Source: Candidatus Hydrothermales bacterium
Lineage (GTDB): Bacteria; Hydrothermota; Hydrothermia; Hydrothermales; JAJRUZ01
Direction of reading: 5' to 3'
Assembly: GCA_039630575.1 (NCBI GenBank)
Contig: JBCNUW010000001.1
Coordinates: 32,659-96,658 of the forward strand
DNA length: 64,000 nt
The notes beneath the pieces are model-generated. The model was not told the DNA's origin. It did not search any database and saw only the letters and a list, made by a program, of their open reading frames with translations. The translations under genes and the position numbers were made by a program. Of the stretch, positions 1-10,485 are shown one piece after another. Position 1 is the first letter of the stretch. Each line of letters starts with the position of its first letter.

Positions 1-1
1 A

Positions 2-1438
2 ATAGCAGTTAGAATCGCAAGAACTTTAAAGGATATGGGAATTTCACCTATAGGTGTTTATTCTGATCCAGATAAATTCTCCTTGCACAATTTCTTTATG
101 GATGCTTCTTATCCATTAGGTGGAAGGTCAAGTTATGAAACTTATCTCAATATTGACAAAATTTTATGGGTTTTAGAAAAAGAAAAAGTTGACTTTTTGC
201 ACCCAGGTTATGGATTTCTTTCAGAAAATTCAAAATTTGCAGAGGAAGTTATAAAGCGAGATGTTAACTTTGTGGGTCCTTCCCCTGAGGCAATGGAATT
301 GATGGGTGACAAAGTGCTTGCAAGAAAAATTGCCGAAAAATGTTATGTTCCAGTAGTTCCTGGTTATTCGGAGAAACTAAGTAGTCCCAATGAGGCAATA
401 AAAATAGCTGAAAAATTAGGTTTTCCACTAATGTTGAAAGCTAGTATGGGTGGTGGTGGTAAGGGTATGCGGATTGTAAGAAACAAACAAGAATTTATTT
501 CACTTTTTAATTTAGCTTTTAAAGAAGCCGAAAGTGCCTTTGCTGATGGTTCCCTTTATATAGAAAGGTTTATTGAAAAACCAAAGCACATTGAAGTTCA
601 AATAATAGGTGATAAGTATGGAAACTATTATGCTTTAGGAGAAAGAGAATGCTCTATTCAGAGAAGACATCAAAAGTTAATTGAAGAAAGCCCATCTTAT
701 TTCATTGATGAAAAAACAAGAGAAAATATTCAAGAAGCTGCTATAGAGATTGCAAAATCTGTAAAATACTACAACGCAGGAACTGTTGAGTTTATATTTG
801 ATGAAAATAAGAATTTCTATTTTATTGAAATGAACACAAGACTTCAAGTAGAACATCCTGTTACAGAGATGAGAAGTTCTTTGGATCTTGTGATGCTACA
901 ATTAAAAGTTGCTATGGGTGAAAAATTGAAATTAGAAAAACCTTATCCCTTAAAAGGATATTCTTTGGAAGTTCGTGTTTATGCAGAAGACCCATATGAA
1001 AATTTTATGCCTTCACCAGGAGAGATAAAATGGCTCCATTACCCACAGGGTCCTTTTGTAAGAGTTGATTCAGGAGTTTATCAAGGTTTCTATGTTCCGG
1101 AGGAATATGATCCTCTACTTATGAAGATAATTACATGGGGAGCTGATAAAAAGGAAGGAACCTTAAGAATGATAAGGGCATTAGGTGAACTTTTTATAGC
1201 AGGCATAAAGACAACAAAGGAATTTTCTCTTCAATTAATTTCAAGTGACTTTTTTGAAAGAGGAGAATATGATACTTTTTTACTTGAAAAGTGGAAACCT
1301 GAAATATCTGAGTTTGTATTTATTGAAGAGGATTTATTAAGTTTTGCAGATAAAAAGGGTGTAATTGAGGAGAAAAAAGAAATTATTAAGTCTCGTTGGA
1401 AAGATTTCTCATTCTTTTTCAATAAATTTGAACTATGA
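2..1438 (+). CDS. accC: Biotin carboxylase subunit (acetyl-/propionyl-CoA or pyruvate carboxylase); 5' end lies before the window
   Basis: HPGYGFLSEN, GGGGKGMR, ERECSIQRRHQK and EMNTRLQVEHPVTE motifs. The frame is open back to base 2 (IAVRIARTLKDM), so the true start is upstream of the window. Confidence 0.9.
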   Translation: MAVRIARTLKDMGISPIGVYSDPDKFSLHNFFMDASYPLGGRSSYETYLNIDKILWVLEKEKVDFLHPGYGFLSENSKFAEEVIKRDVNFVGPSPEAMELMGDKVLARKIAEKCYVPVVPGYSEKLSSPNEAIKIAEKLGFPLMLKASMGGGGKGMRIVRNKQEFISLFNLAFKEAESAFADGSLYIERFIEKPKHIEVQIIGDKYGNYYALGERECSIQRRHQKLIEESPSYFIDEKTRENIQEAAIEIAKSVKYYNAGTVEFIFDENKNFYFIEMNTRLQVEHPVTEMRSSLDLVMLQLKVAMGEKLKLEKPYPLKGYSLEVRVYAEDPYENFMPSPGEIKWLHYPQGPFVRVDSGVYQGFYVPEEYDPLLMKIITWGADKKEGTLRMIRALGELFIAGIKTTKEFSLQLISSDFFERGEYDTFLLEKWKPEISEFVFIEEDLLSFADKKGVIEEKKEIIKSRWKDFSFFFNKFEL

Positions 1439-1869
1439 AAGATCTTTTTACTAATGATTTGCTCTGGAAAACACTTCTTGTAGGTTTTTTTACACAAATT
1501 ATAAAGTCTATGATTTATAGCTTTAAGTATAAAAAGTGGAATTGGCGTTGGCTAACTGAGACAGGTGGTATGCCTTCATCTCACACAGCTTCTACAATTT
1601 TTCTCTCTACTATAGTTGGTGTAAGAGAGGGTTTCAATTCATCTCTTTTTGCTGTCACAGCATTTTTTACGTTTATTGTTATGTATGATGCAGCAGGTCT
1701 GAGAAGAGCAGCTGGTAAACAGGCAAGAGTATTAAATAAAATAATCGAAGAGTTTTCGTCTTCAGGAAAGATTAAAGAGGAGAGATTGATGGAGCTTTTA
1801 GGTCATACACCATTTGAAGTTGTCGTTGGTGCTCTCATTGGTATTATTTTTGCTTTGATTTTTACTTAA
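1435..1869 (+). CDS. Divergent PAP2 family membrane protein (DUF212)
   Basis: GGMPSSH, VMYDAAGLRRAAGKQA and LGHTPFEV motifs; ATGA overlap with the upstream gene. Confidence 0.9.
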   Translation: MKDLFTNDLLWKTLLVGFFTQIIKSMIYSFKYKKWNWRWLTETGGMPSSHTASTIFLSTIVGVREGFNSSLFAVTAFFTFIVMYDAAGLRRAAGKQARVLNKIIEEFSSSGKIKEERLMELLGHTPFEVVVGALIGIIFALIFT

Positions 1870-1877
1870 GTTAACTT

Positions 1878-1883
1878 TATAAT
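1878..1883 (+). promoter_or_regulatory. Sigma70 -10 box directly upstream of the ARPP-1-cdaA genes
   Basis: Perfect TATAAT 7 nt before ATG 1891 (4 nt before ATG 1888); no Shine-Dalgarno. Confidence 0.5.
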
Positions 1884-1887
1884 TTTT

Positions 1888-2799
1888 ATGATGCTTAAAA
1901 ATTTAAATATTGGAGAACCTGTATTTCAAAGAAACCTGCTTCTTTTTCCATTATATAGAGGTGAAAATGGAGATGGGGAGCTTATAATTAAAACAATTGA
2001 GGATGCTTATAATGAAGGTTTTGGAGGATTTAGAGAATTAGAAAGACCAAACATTGAAAAAGTAATTTTTGAAAATAGAGGAAGTTACCCTGTATTTGCT
2101 ATTGATGGCGAACAGGTTCTTGGTGCTTTTCAGAATCGTGTTATAAATACTGCTTTTTTCTCTGAACCTAACACAGTTATTGAAGTTCCTGTTACATGCG
2201 TAGAGGAGAGAAGATGGGGAGGAAAAAGAAATTTTGATTTTTCAAGCACTACCTTATATCCAAGTTTAAGAGCTCTTCTTTTAAAAACAACTAATAAAAG
2301 TTTAATTCTTAAGAATTCATTTATATCTGACCAGAAACTTGTGTGGGAGAATATTAGAAAAACCTTAACATCATTAAATGTCTATTCAAAAACACTTTCA
2401 ATACAGGATGCCTTTAATATTTATGAATCACAAATTAATTGGTACTTAGATGGAGTAAATTTTGACAATGCTTGTGGTATAATTGCTTTTGCGGGTCCAA
2501 ACTTTTTATGTATGGATCTATTTGTATCTAAGAGTCTATTTTTAAAATTCAAAGAAAAGATTTTAAAAGGTTATGCACTTGATGCAATTTTGTTAAGAGA
2601 ATATAAGACAGATTTTGTTGAAAAAGACAGAGTAAAGGAAATAATTGAAAAAGTCAAGAGGTTGAGAATAAGGGAATACAAGGGCTTAGGAAATGGCGTT
2701 GAATTAAGGGGCGAAGGAGAAGGTTTGATTTTAAGAGGTTTCAAAAAGGAAAGAGACAAAATACTGCATTTAGCAATTTTTCCTGATTTTAAGTTATAA
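1888..2799 (+). CDS. DUF6569 / ARPP-1-like domain protein (start may be 1891)
   Basis: NLxLFPL, DGEQVLGAFQNRVIN and VPVTCVEERRW pattern recognised as the ARPP-1/DUF6569 family. Confidence 0.7.
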   Translation: MMLKNLNIGEPVFQRNLLLFPLYRGENGDGELIIKTIEDAYNEGFGGFRELERPNIEKVIFENRGSYPVFAIDGEQVLGAFQNRVINTAFFSEPNTVIEVPVTCVEERRWGGKRNFDFSSTTLYPSLRALLLKTTNKSLILKNSFISDQKLVWENIRKTLTSLNVYSKTLSIQDAFNIYESQINWYLDGVNFDNACGIIAFAGPNFLCMDLFVSKSLFLKFKEKILKGYALDAILLREYKTDFVEKDRVKEIIEKVKRLRIREYKGLGNGVELRGEGEGLILRGFKKERDKILHLAIFPDFKL

Positions 2800-2800
2800 G

Positions 2801-3556
2801 TTGGACTTCATAAAATTAAGATTCGTTGATTTAATTGATATTTTATTCTTTGTTTTATTTTCCTATCTAATAATAAGACTTTTTAGAGGAACAAGAGCAG
2901 GTTTTATGTTATTTGGAATTTTCTTTTTTATAACATTGATAGCGATTTCCTTTTTACTAGATCTTACAGGAACTAAAATGTTTTTCAGTGGTTTAAAAAA
3001 GATTGGTCTTGTAGCTTTTATAATTATTTTTCAACCAGAAATAAGAAAATTCTTAACAAACATTGGACGTTTACCTCTTGTGAAAATCCTTGAAGAGGGT
3101 GAGAAAATTGAAAATATGATAAATATTTTAGTAAAATCAGCTTTTTCTCTGAGGGACAGAGGATATGGTGCTATCATAGTAATTCAAGGAAAAATGGGGT
3201 TAGATGATTATACTGATAAGGCTTTATTTTTAGATGCCCAGGTATCTGAACCTCTTTTTATTGCTATATTTAATCCTGCCTCACCTATTCATGATGGTGC
3301 TTGTGTAGTAAAAGGAGATAGAGTAAAGTATGTGAGATGTATTTTACCTTTATCTGACTCCCATCAAATAGATGCCTCACTTGGAACAAGACATAGAGCT
3401 TCTATAGGAATTACCGAAATAAGTGATAGTTTCGTAATTGTTGTCTCTGAGGAAAAAAGGGAGGTTTCCTTTGCTTATCAAGGTAAACTGATAAGAAAAG
3501 TTACAAAAGACACACTACGAAGAAACCTTGAACTCTTTTTTAAAGGAAGAATTTAA
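2801..3556 (+). CDS. cdaA: Diadenylate cyclase, membrane-bound CdaA type
   Basis: Three N-terminal TM segments, IIIFQPEIRKFL, and catalytic HDGA and GTRHRA motifs. Confidence 0.93.
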   Translation: MDFIKLRFVDLIDILFFVLFSYLIIRLFRGTRAGFMLFGIFFFITLIAISFLLDLTGTKMFFSGLKKIGLVAFIIIFQPEIRKFLTNIGRLPLVKILEEGEKIENMINILVKSAFSLRDRGYGAIIVIQGKMGLDDYTDKALFLDAQVSEPLFIAIFNPASPIHDGACVVKGDRVKYVRCILPLSDSHQIDASLGTRHRASIGITEISDSFVIVVSEEKREVSFAYQGKLIRKVTKDTLRRNLELFFKGRI

Positions 3557-3569
3557 AATAATTTTAAAC

Positions 3570-4271
3570 TTATGGAGATTGAAGAAAACTAAAGACTCTT
3601 TTAATGTAATTTTTAAAATTTGATTCATACGATAGAGAGTATTCAATCATAGCTTGGTATATTGGAAAAAGTGTTAAAAATCTTAAAATACTTCCGGCAC
3701 TGACCTCTTCTTTTGCTCTTGTTATCTCAACAGGACCAAAAAAAGTTACTTCATCAACTTCCGTAAAATACTGATCAAGAAAATTTATTACTTTCTCTGT
3801 AGTAGTAAGGTCTACCTGTTTTTCCTGCAGTTTCACATACACAAAAGCATTCTGAATCACATTTACTACATCCTCCGGATGCTGATGAAAGAGAAAAGCA
3901 AATCTCGATTTCTCATATTTACCCTTTATTCCGAAATAAACTCCTGACTCTTCAGGAGAGTGTATTTCAAACCTTAAAAAGATTTTTAAAAGATCTGAAT
4001 TTTTCTGGTAACTTTCATTTTTTCTCGGTTCTATACCATATCCTACAAAATTAGCATTCTCTTCATGTATAGAGGGAACTACTGAAAGTTTTGAATGCCA
4101 AAAAATATCTACCCCTATAATATCCTCTATTGTATTTAAAATTGGAGTTACAAGATCTTGGAGCTTTGGTCTTATTATCTCATAAAAAAGTTTAGTTTTA
4201 TCACTACTTTTAAATATTTCTTCTAGTTTCTCAATTGGTATATAAGGTTTAATTGAAATTTCTTCCATCAT
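3570..4271 (-). CDS. Hypothetical protein (possible remote YktB/DUF1054-like)
   Basis: 233-aa ORF overlapping the hflX stop by 4 nt. The 'IRPKLQDL' segment weakly recalls YktB; function unsupported. Confidence 0.6.
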   Translation of the reverse strand: MMEEISIKPYIPIEKLEEIFKSSDKTKLFYEIIRPKLQDLVTPILNTIEDIIGVDIFWHSKLSVVPSIHEENANFVGYGIEPRKNESYQKNSDLLKIFLRFEIHSPEESGVYFGIKGKYEKSRFAFLFHQHPEDVVNVIQNAFVYVKLQEKQVDLTTTEKVINFLDQYFTEVDEVTFFGPVEITRAKEEVSAGSILRFLTLFPIYQAMIEYSLSYESNFKNYIKRVFSFLQSP

Positions 4272-5353
4272 AATTTTTGATTTTTAGATTTTAAAGCATA
4301 AAATTTTATCTTGTCAAGAAGTAAGTTTATATTCTCGCCAGATTTTGCTGAAACAAAAACAGCAGGATCATATTTACTTTTTAGATATGATTTTTCTTCC
4401 TCTTCAAAGAATAAATCGTACTTATTGAAAACATAAATTGTATCTTTATCTTGTACTCCCATCTCTGAGAGAACGTTATTTACAGAATTTATTTGAATCT
4501 CTTTAATAGGACTAGAGATATCTACTACATGTAATAGTAAGTCTGCATCCTCAATAACCTTTAAAGTCGACTTAAAGGAGTGAATCAAACTGATGGGGAT
4601 ATTTTCAATAAAACCGACTGTATCGCTTAGAATTATTGGAATCCCATCTATATAAAATTTTCTTGTGAGAGCATCTAGAGTAACAAAAAGTGCATCTCTT
4701 GTTTCAGCTTTTTCCTTTGTTATTAAATTTAATAGTGAAGTTTTACCTACATTTGTATAACCTATCAAACATACCTTAAAAAAGCTTTTTCTTTTTTTAC
4801 TTTGTATATTTCTTTGATTCTCGATTTCTTTTAATTTTTCCTTTAAATGCTTTATTCTTAGGAGAATATTTCTCTTTTTAATCTCCAGTATTTTCTCTCC
4901 AGGACCTCTTGTTCCTATACCTCCACCTAATCTTGAGAGCCATTTTCCCATGCCTCTAAGTTTTGATAGCCTGTAGACAAGTTGAGCAAGTTCTACTTGT
5001 AACTTGGACTCTCTTGTTTTAGCATGTTTTGCGAAAATGTCCATTATTAACTCTGTTCTGTCAATTACTCTGACCTTGAGAAATTCCTCCAAGTTTCTTG
5101 TTTGTCTCGGTAAAAGATCTACACCGAAAATTACAGCACTTACTGATATTTGTGTAACTTTTTCTTTAAGTTCTAAAAGTTTCCCTTTTCCTAAGTAATA
5201 ATCAGGGTCTATTTTTTCTCTAAATTGGATAACCTCAGAGCTTATAGTTGCTCCTGCGGTTTTTACAAGACTTTCAAGCTCACTCAACTTATAACTTGAA
5301 ATTTCCCTTTCTTCAGGTTTAAAAATTGCTGTTAATATTACTCTCTCGCCCAA
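4268..5353 (-). CDS. hflX: GTPase HflX
   Basis: IDRTELIMDIFA, LQVELAQL, GGGIGTRGPGE, GYTNVGKTSL and DTVGFI motifs. Confidence 0.96.
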   Translation of the reverse strand: MGERVILTAIFKPEEREISSYKLSELESLVKTAGATISSEVIQFREKIDPDYYLGKGKLLELKEKVTQISVSAVIFGVDLLPRQTRNLEEFLKVRVIDRTELIMDIFAKHAKTRESKLQVELAQLVYRLSKLRGMGKWLSRLGGGIGTRGPGEKILEIKKRNILLRIKHLKEKLKEIENQRNIQSKKRKSFFKVCLIGYTNVGKTSLLNLITKEKAETRDALFVTLDALTRKFYIDGIPIILSDTVGFIENIPISLIHSFKSTLKVIEDADLLLHVVDISSPIKEIQINSVNNVLSEMGVQDKDTIYVFNKYDLFFEEEEKSYLKSKYDPAVFVSAKSGENINLLLDKIKFYALKSKNQKL

Positions 5354-7701
5354 TTTTTAATTAGAACTGAATTAGAAAAATTTTTCTCTTTTTCTTTGTT
5401 TTTTGTTAAATCTACAAAAACAAAATTGACTGCTTCATCAATCGTTCTTACGAAATAAAAATCAATATCCTTTTTTACTTCTTTTCTTATCCTTCTTACA
5501 TCTGGTCTTGAATCCTCTGGAAGAATAATTTTTCTTATGCCTCCCCTTTTTGCAGCGTTTATTTTCTCTTCAAGTCCTCCTATCCTTAAAACATCCCCTG
5601 TTAAGGTAATTTCACCAGTAAAGGCAGTATCTGAAGGTAATTCTTTTTTCGTAAGTGCAGAGAGTATTGCTAATACAATTGCAAGCCCCGCAGATGGTCC
5701 ATCTTTTGGTATTGCTCCTTCAGGTATATGTAAATGTATATCGTATTTTTTATGAAAATCCTTCTGTATGCCATAGTTTTTACTAATTGATCTTAAATAA
5801 CTTATTGAAGTGTAAACAGATTCTTTTAAAACTTCACCTAAATGTCCTGTTAAAATCTGTTCACCTTTTCCGTCCATCAACAAAACTTCAATTTTCATTA
5901 TCTCTCCACCATACTCAGTCCAAGCAAGTCCATAGGCTACGCCAGGTTTCAATTTTCTCTCACTTTCAATTAATGTAAAAGGCTCAGGCCCCAAGATTTT
6001 TTTCAAAAGATTTTTGTCTACAATAGTTTTTTCTCTCTTTTCAACATAATTTTTAGCAGCATATCTTATTACTCTTGATAGCTTTCTCTCTAAATCTCTA
6101 ACTCCAGCCTCTCTTGTATACTTTCTTATTATTTCAAGTATTGCTTCGTCATCAATATGAAAGTATTTAGGATTAAGATTAATTTCGTTAATTATTCTCC
6201 TTATTAAGTGTTTTTTTGAAATCATGAGTTTTTCATATTCTGAATAGCCTGGTAAACTAATTACTTCCATCCTATCTCTAAGAACTAAAGGAATTTTATA
6301 GAGAGAGTTTGCTGTTGTGATGAACAAAACTTCTGAGAGATCAAATTCGACCTCAAGGTAGTGATCTACGAAGTGTTTATTTACATCAGGGTCAAGAACT
6401 TCCATTAAGGCTGCATATGGATCTCCCCTATAATCAATCCCTACTTTATCTATTTCGTCAAGGAGAAAAACTGGATTCTTTGAGCAAGCTTTTCTGATCC
6501 CTTGTATAATTCTACCTGGAAGAGCCCCAACATATGTTCTTCTATGTCCCCTTATTTCTGCTTCATCCCTTATTCCTCCAAGTGACATTCTTACGAATTT
6601 TCTCCCTAATGCTTTAGCAATAGATTTGGCAAGTGATGTTTTTCCTGAGCCAGGTGGACCTACAAAACATAGAATTTGCCCCAAAATTTTTCCCTTTAAT
6701 TTCAAAATTGAAAGATATTCAAGTATCCTTTCTTTTGGCTCAAAAAGACCATAATGATCTTCGTCGAGAATTTTCTTTGCTTTCTCTAAGTTAAAATTAT
6801 CTTTTGTTCTTTTATTCCATGGCATAGATGTTAAAAACTCAAGATATGTTCTTATGACAGATGCTTCAGGAGAAATAGAGGGTGTAATTTCAAGCTTTTT
6901 AAGCTCCTTCAGTGCATGTTCCTTTACGTCTTCTGGCATACCAGATTTTTCAATCTTTTCTCTCAGGGATTGGAACTCGTCAAATTCCTTATAGCCCAGC
7001 TCTTTTTGGATTTGTTTCATCTGTTCATGTAAAAAAATCTGCTTTTGACTTTTTTGAAGTTCCTCCCTTGTTTTTTCTTCTATTTTAATTTTAAGTTTTC
7101 TGAATTCAATTTCTTCTATGAGCCTCTTATTAAGCTCTTTTAGGTAGTCTATTAAATTATCGATCTCAAGAAGCATTTGTTTTATGTCAGATTTAACAGG
7201 AAGGTGAGTTGATATAAAATCTGCTATTTCTATTGAACCTTTTCTTGAATACAAATTTGCCAAAAGATCGTCAGGAAAGCCAGAAAGATAGCTTGTTAAT
7301 TCTCTGAAATTCTCGGTTACTATTCTCGAGAGATTATAAACCTCCTCGTTTTCAACTAAGTTTCTTTTATATATTTCAAATTCAGCCTCGTAATACTTTC
7401 CATTGTAATAGACATTTAAAATTCTTACCCTTTCCAAACCCTCAACAACGATTCGGTAATTTCCCTCTGGAGGTCTAAACTCTGTTATTACTATTCCAAT
7501 GGTGCCAAGTTCATAAAGATCTTTCTGTTTAGGTTCGCTTACTGAAGGATCCCTTTGAGTAACAAAGATAATCTCTTTTTCACTTGTTTTTAATGCTTCC
7601 TCAAGAGCATACTTAGAAAAATCTCTTCCTAATATAAGTGGATAGATGGAGTTTGGAAAAAGAACGACTTCACGCAAAGGAATAAGAGGTAATTTTCTCA
7701 T
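5338..7701 (-). CDS. lon: ATP-dependent protease La
   Basis: LON N-domain, Walker A GPPGSGKTS, RGHRRTYVGALPG, catalytic PKDGPSAG. Confidence 0.97.
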   Translation of the reverse strand: MRKLPLIPLREVVLFPNSIYPLILGRDFSKYALEEALKTSEKEIIFVTQRDPSVSEPKQKDLYELGTIGIVITEFRPPEGNYRIVVEGLERVRILNVYYNGKYYEAEFEIYKRNLVENEEVYNLSRIVTENFRELTSYLSGFPDDLLANLYSRKGSIEIADFISTHLPVKSDIKQMLLEIDNLIDYLKELNKRLIEEIEFRKLKIKIEEKTREELQKSQKQIFLHEQMKQIQKELGYKEFDEFQSLREKIEKSGMPEDVKEHALKELKKLEITPSISPEASVIRTYLEFLTSMPWNKRTKDNFNLEKAKKILDEDHYGLFEPKERILEYLSILKLKGKILGQILCFVGPPGSGKTSLAKSIAKALGRKFVRMSLGGIRDEAEIRGHRRTYVGALPGRIIQGIRKACSKNPVFLLDEIDKVGIDYRGDPYAALMEVLDPDVNKHFVDHYLEVEFDLSEVLFITTANSLYKIPLVLRDRMEVISLPGYSEYEKLMISKKHLIRRIINEINLNPKYFHIDDEAILEIIRKYTREAGVRDLERKLSRVIRYAAKNYVEKREKTIVDKNLLKKILGPEPFTLIESERKLKPGVAYGLAWTEYGGEIMKIEVLLMDGKGEQILTGHLGEVLKESVYTSISYLRSISKNYGIQKDFHKKYDIHLHIPEGAIPKDGPSAGLAIVLAILSALTKKELPSDTAFTGEITLTGDVLRIGGLEEKINAAKRGGIRKIILPEDSRPDVRRIRKEVKKDIDFYFVRTIDEAVNFVFVDLTKNKEKEKNFSNSVLIKNWARE

Positions 7702-7758
7702 TTATAAATTTACTTTTAGCATTTGATTTTTTCAAGTTAAATATTTTTATAATAGTTG

Positions 7759-8880
7759 ATGTATTTTTCAATTCTTATTTTTTTTATCTTACCCCCCTAT
7801 GATGTTAGGGCTTTTGATTATCCAAACGATGCGGGAGGTAAAATAAAGATAGAATGGAATCTTTCTCCGGATGATTCTGTGATTGATTATTATATTCTTT
7901 TCAGAGAACAAAAGATATTTGATAAATGGAGTGAACCCGAAACAGTTGCTATTTTAAAAAGAGGTGAAAATAACATTTTAGATACTGGTGTTAAAGATAA
8001 AATTAATTATAGGTATTTCTTAAGAGCCATAAAAGGCGAAATATATTCTGATAGTGAAAAATCAAATATAGTTTACTCTTCAGCTCAATGGTTTCATAAG
8101 AAAAGGATAAGTGCACTAATTCTTCTCATTGTAATTGTCAGTTTACTATTATTATACATAGAGAGAGCAAAAAGAGGTATATATCTTTTTATTAGAAAAA
8201 TCCCAGGTCTTGATGCTATTGATGAGGCTGTAGGAAGGTCAACTGAGCTTGGAAAACCACTTTTGTTTTCCCTTGGTCTTGGAACTATTGCTGATATTCC
8301 TACGATAGCAGGACTTTCTATTTTGAAAAGGGTTGCCAAAAAAGCTGCTGAATATGAAACAGATCTTATAGTTCCTTGTTTTGAACCGGTTGTTTTTGTT
8401 GCTGCTCAAGAAACTGTGAAGGAAGGTTATCTTGAAGCCGGTAGGCCCGATTTATATAAAGAGGGAAATGTGTTTTTCTTGTCCTACGAGCAATTCGGCT
8501 ATGCTGCAGGAGTTGATGGAATAATTTTAAGAGAAAAACCTGGTGCGATATTTCTTCAAGGTTACTTTTACGCTGAGTCACTTATTATTGCAGAGACGGG
8601 TAATTCAATTGGAGCAATACAAATTTCAGGAACAACTGCAGTCACACAGCTTCCGTTTTTTGTTGCTGCTACGGACTATACTTTAATAGGAGAAGAGATG
8701 TATGCTGCAAGTGCCTATCTCGAGAGGGATCCTCTTTCCCTTGCAACGATAAAGGGAGAAGATTGGGTTAAAATGCTTCTTATAATTTTGATTGTTTTTG
8801 GAGTAATTTTAGAATCAATTGCTTTTTTTGTTAAAATACCTTGGCTTCATTTTTTGAAAAATTTCTTTACAATTTTCTGA
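7759..8880 (+). CDS. DUF6754-domain membrane protein with N-terminal FN3-like domain (TTG 7756 is an alternative start)
   Basis: Short hydrophobic N-terminus, FN3-like beta domain (DYPNDAGGKIKIEW...YRYFLRA), TM helix, conserved IRKIPGLDAIDEAVGRSTELG...QLPFFVAATDYTLIGEEMYAASAY domain, C-terminal TM. Confidence 0.75.
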   Translation: MYFSILIFFILPPYDVRAFDYPNDAGGKIKIEWNLSPDDSVIDYYILFREQKIFDKWSEPETVAILKRGENNILDTGVKDKINYRYFLRAIKGEIYSDSEKSNIVYSSAQWFHKKRISALILLIVIVSLLLLYIERAKRGIYLFIRKIPGLDAIDEAVGRSTELGKPLLFSLGLGTIADIPTIAGLSILKRVAKKAAEYETDLIVPCFEPVVFVAAQETVKEGYLEAGRPDLYKEGNVFFLSYEQFGYAAGVDGIILREKPGAIFLQGYFYAESLIIAETGNSIGAIQISGTTAVTQLPFFVAATDYTLIGEEMYAASAYLERDPLSLATIKGEDWVKMLLIILIVFGVILESIAFFVKIPWLHFLKNFFTIF

Positions 8881-8881
8881 A

Positions 8882-9667
8882 ATGAAAAAGGAAATTCCTT
8901 TAATAATAACTTTTATTTCGGGTTTTTTACTCATAATAGCCTTTTTTGTCCCTCATGAACCTTTCGGAAGTTTGGAACAGCGGTTCAACGATTGGTTTAT
9001 AATTGTCTCTGGATTTACTCTGATACTTGGCGTTGATTCACTTTTGCTCTATCATTATAAAAAGATAAAAAGAAAAGAAAAAGATGCTCCATATTCTTTA
9101 ATTCTTATAATAAGTTTTGTGATTGTTCTTTTTTGGGGAATATATTCTGGAGTAAAACATGGAAATCCCTTTGCTCCAACATCAACTTTTTTAAGATACT
9201 TCTATACTTATGTTTTTGTTCCGTTACAGGCCACAATGTTTGCACTTCTTGCCTTTTTTATCTCCTCAGCAGCCTATAGGGCTTTCAGAGCCAGGACTTT
9301 AAATGCAACACTTTTACTTTTATCTGCAGGAATTGTTATGCTTGGAAGAGTTCCAATGGGGGAAGAAACTGTGCCCTACTTCACAGGAATAACTCTAATT
9401 TTAATATCTGTGATATTTGCATTAGAAGGATTTAAAAGGGTAAATCCATTAGAAAAAACCTTTTTCTTAAGTATGGCTGTTTTGTCTATTTTACTCATTT
9501 TTCCACTCTCAGCTTTTCTTAAGAGACATCTCACTGAAATTACAAACTGGATTATGAATACTCCACAACTTGGAGCAAAAAGAGGTCTTTTTATTGGTAT
9601 CTCCCTTGGTGCTATAGCGATGTCAGTGAGGATAATACTTGGAATTGAAAGGACCTATTTAAAATGA
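8882..9667 (+). CDS. Conserved multi-pass membrane protein of the DUF6754 cluster
   Basis: About 8 hydrophobic segments; PLQATMFALLAFFISSAAYRAFRAR motif; starts 1 nt after the upstream stop. Confidence 0.75.
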   Translation: MKKEIPLIITFISGFLLIIAFFVPHEPFGSLEQRFNDWFIIVSGFTLILGVDSLLLYHYKKIKRKEKDAPYSLILIISFVIVLFWGIYSGVKHGNPFAPTSTFLRYFYTYVFVPLQATMFALLAFFISSAAYRAFRARTLNATLLLLSAGIVMLGRVPMGEETVPYFTGITLILISVIFALEGFKRVNPLEKTFFLSMAVLSILLIFPLSAFLKRHLTEITNWIMNTPQLGAKRGLFIGISLGAIAMSVRIILGIERTYLK

Positions 9668-10485
9668 AAAATTTTTTTGAAAAAATTGCTAAAATTGATA
9701 GAAGGATAGTATACTTACTAATCTTTTTAGGTGTAACAATCCCCTTAATAACCAAAAAAGGTTTCAAATTTGAACCACTTCAAGAAGTTAAGAAAGCTTA
9801 CGATTTTATAGAAAGTTTACCTGAGGGTTCAGTTATATTGATATCTATTGATTATGATGCTGCAAGTATGCCTGAGCTTCAGCCACTTCTTGAGGTTGTT
9901 CTAAGGCATCTTTTTTCAAATAATTTAAAAGTGTTAATGATGGGACATTGGCCTTTAGGTTTACCACTTGGACAGATTGCTTTGGAAAAAATAGCTAAAG
10001 AAATGAATAAAAAATACGGTTATGATTATGTTTTTCTTGGCTATAGACCCGGTGTTGCCGCAGTAATCCTTAATATGGGAAAAGAAATAAGAACAGTTTT
10101 TAATACAGATTATAAAGGTACACCAATTGATTCTCTTGAGATGATGAGAGGTATTCATAACTATAGTGATATTGCCTTACTTATCGGATTTGAAGCAGGT
10201 GCAACTGGAGATTTCTGGGTTCAGTTCGGTCAGGCAAGATTTGGTTTAAAGATAATTCTAACTTCAACAGCTGTTATAACACCTGATTTATATCCTTATT
10301 ACCAAGCAGGTCAAATTGTTGGACTTATAGGTGGTTTGAGAGGTGCTGCCGATTATGAAATTCTTGTAAAGAGAAAAGGATTTGCCTATTCAGGTATGAC
10401 AGCTCAGACAATAATTCACATAATTATTATAATTCTAATTTTACTCGGAAATATTGGATATTTTGCTCTAAGGAGACTAAAATGA
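9664..10485 (+). CDS. Conserved membrane protein (TM, soluble alpha/beta domain, TM) of the DUF6754 cluster
   Basis: DRRIVYLL N-terminal TM, PYYQAGQIVGLIGGLRGAADYE motif, C-terminal TM. Confidence 0.75.
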   Translation: MKNFFEKIAKIDRRIVYLLIFLGVTIPLITKKGFKFEPLQEVKKAYDFIESLPEGSVILISIDYDAASMPELQPLLEVVLRHLFSNNLKVLMMGHWPLGLPLGQIALEKIAKEMNKKYGYDYVFLGYRPGVAAVILNMGKEIRTVFNTDYKGTPIDSLEMMRGIHNYSDIALLIGFEAGATGDFWVQFGQARFGLKIILTSTAVITPDLYPYYQAGQIVGLIGGLRGAADYEILVKRKGFAYSGMTAQTIIHIIIIILILLGNIGYFALRRLK

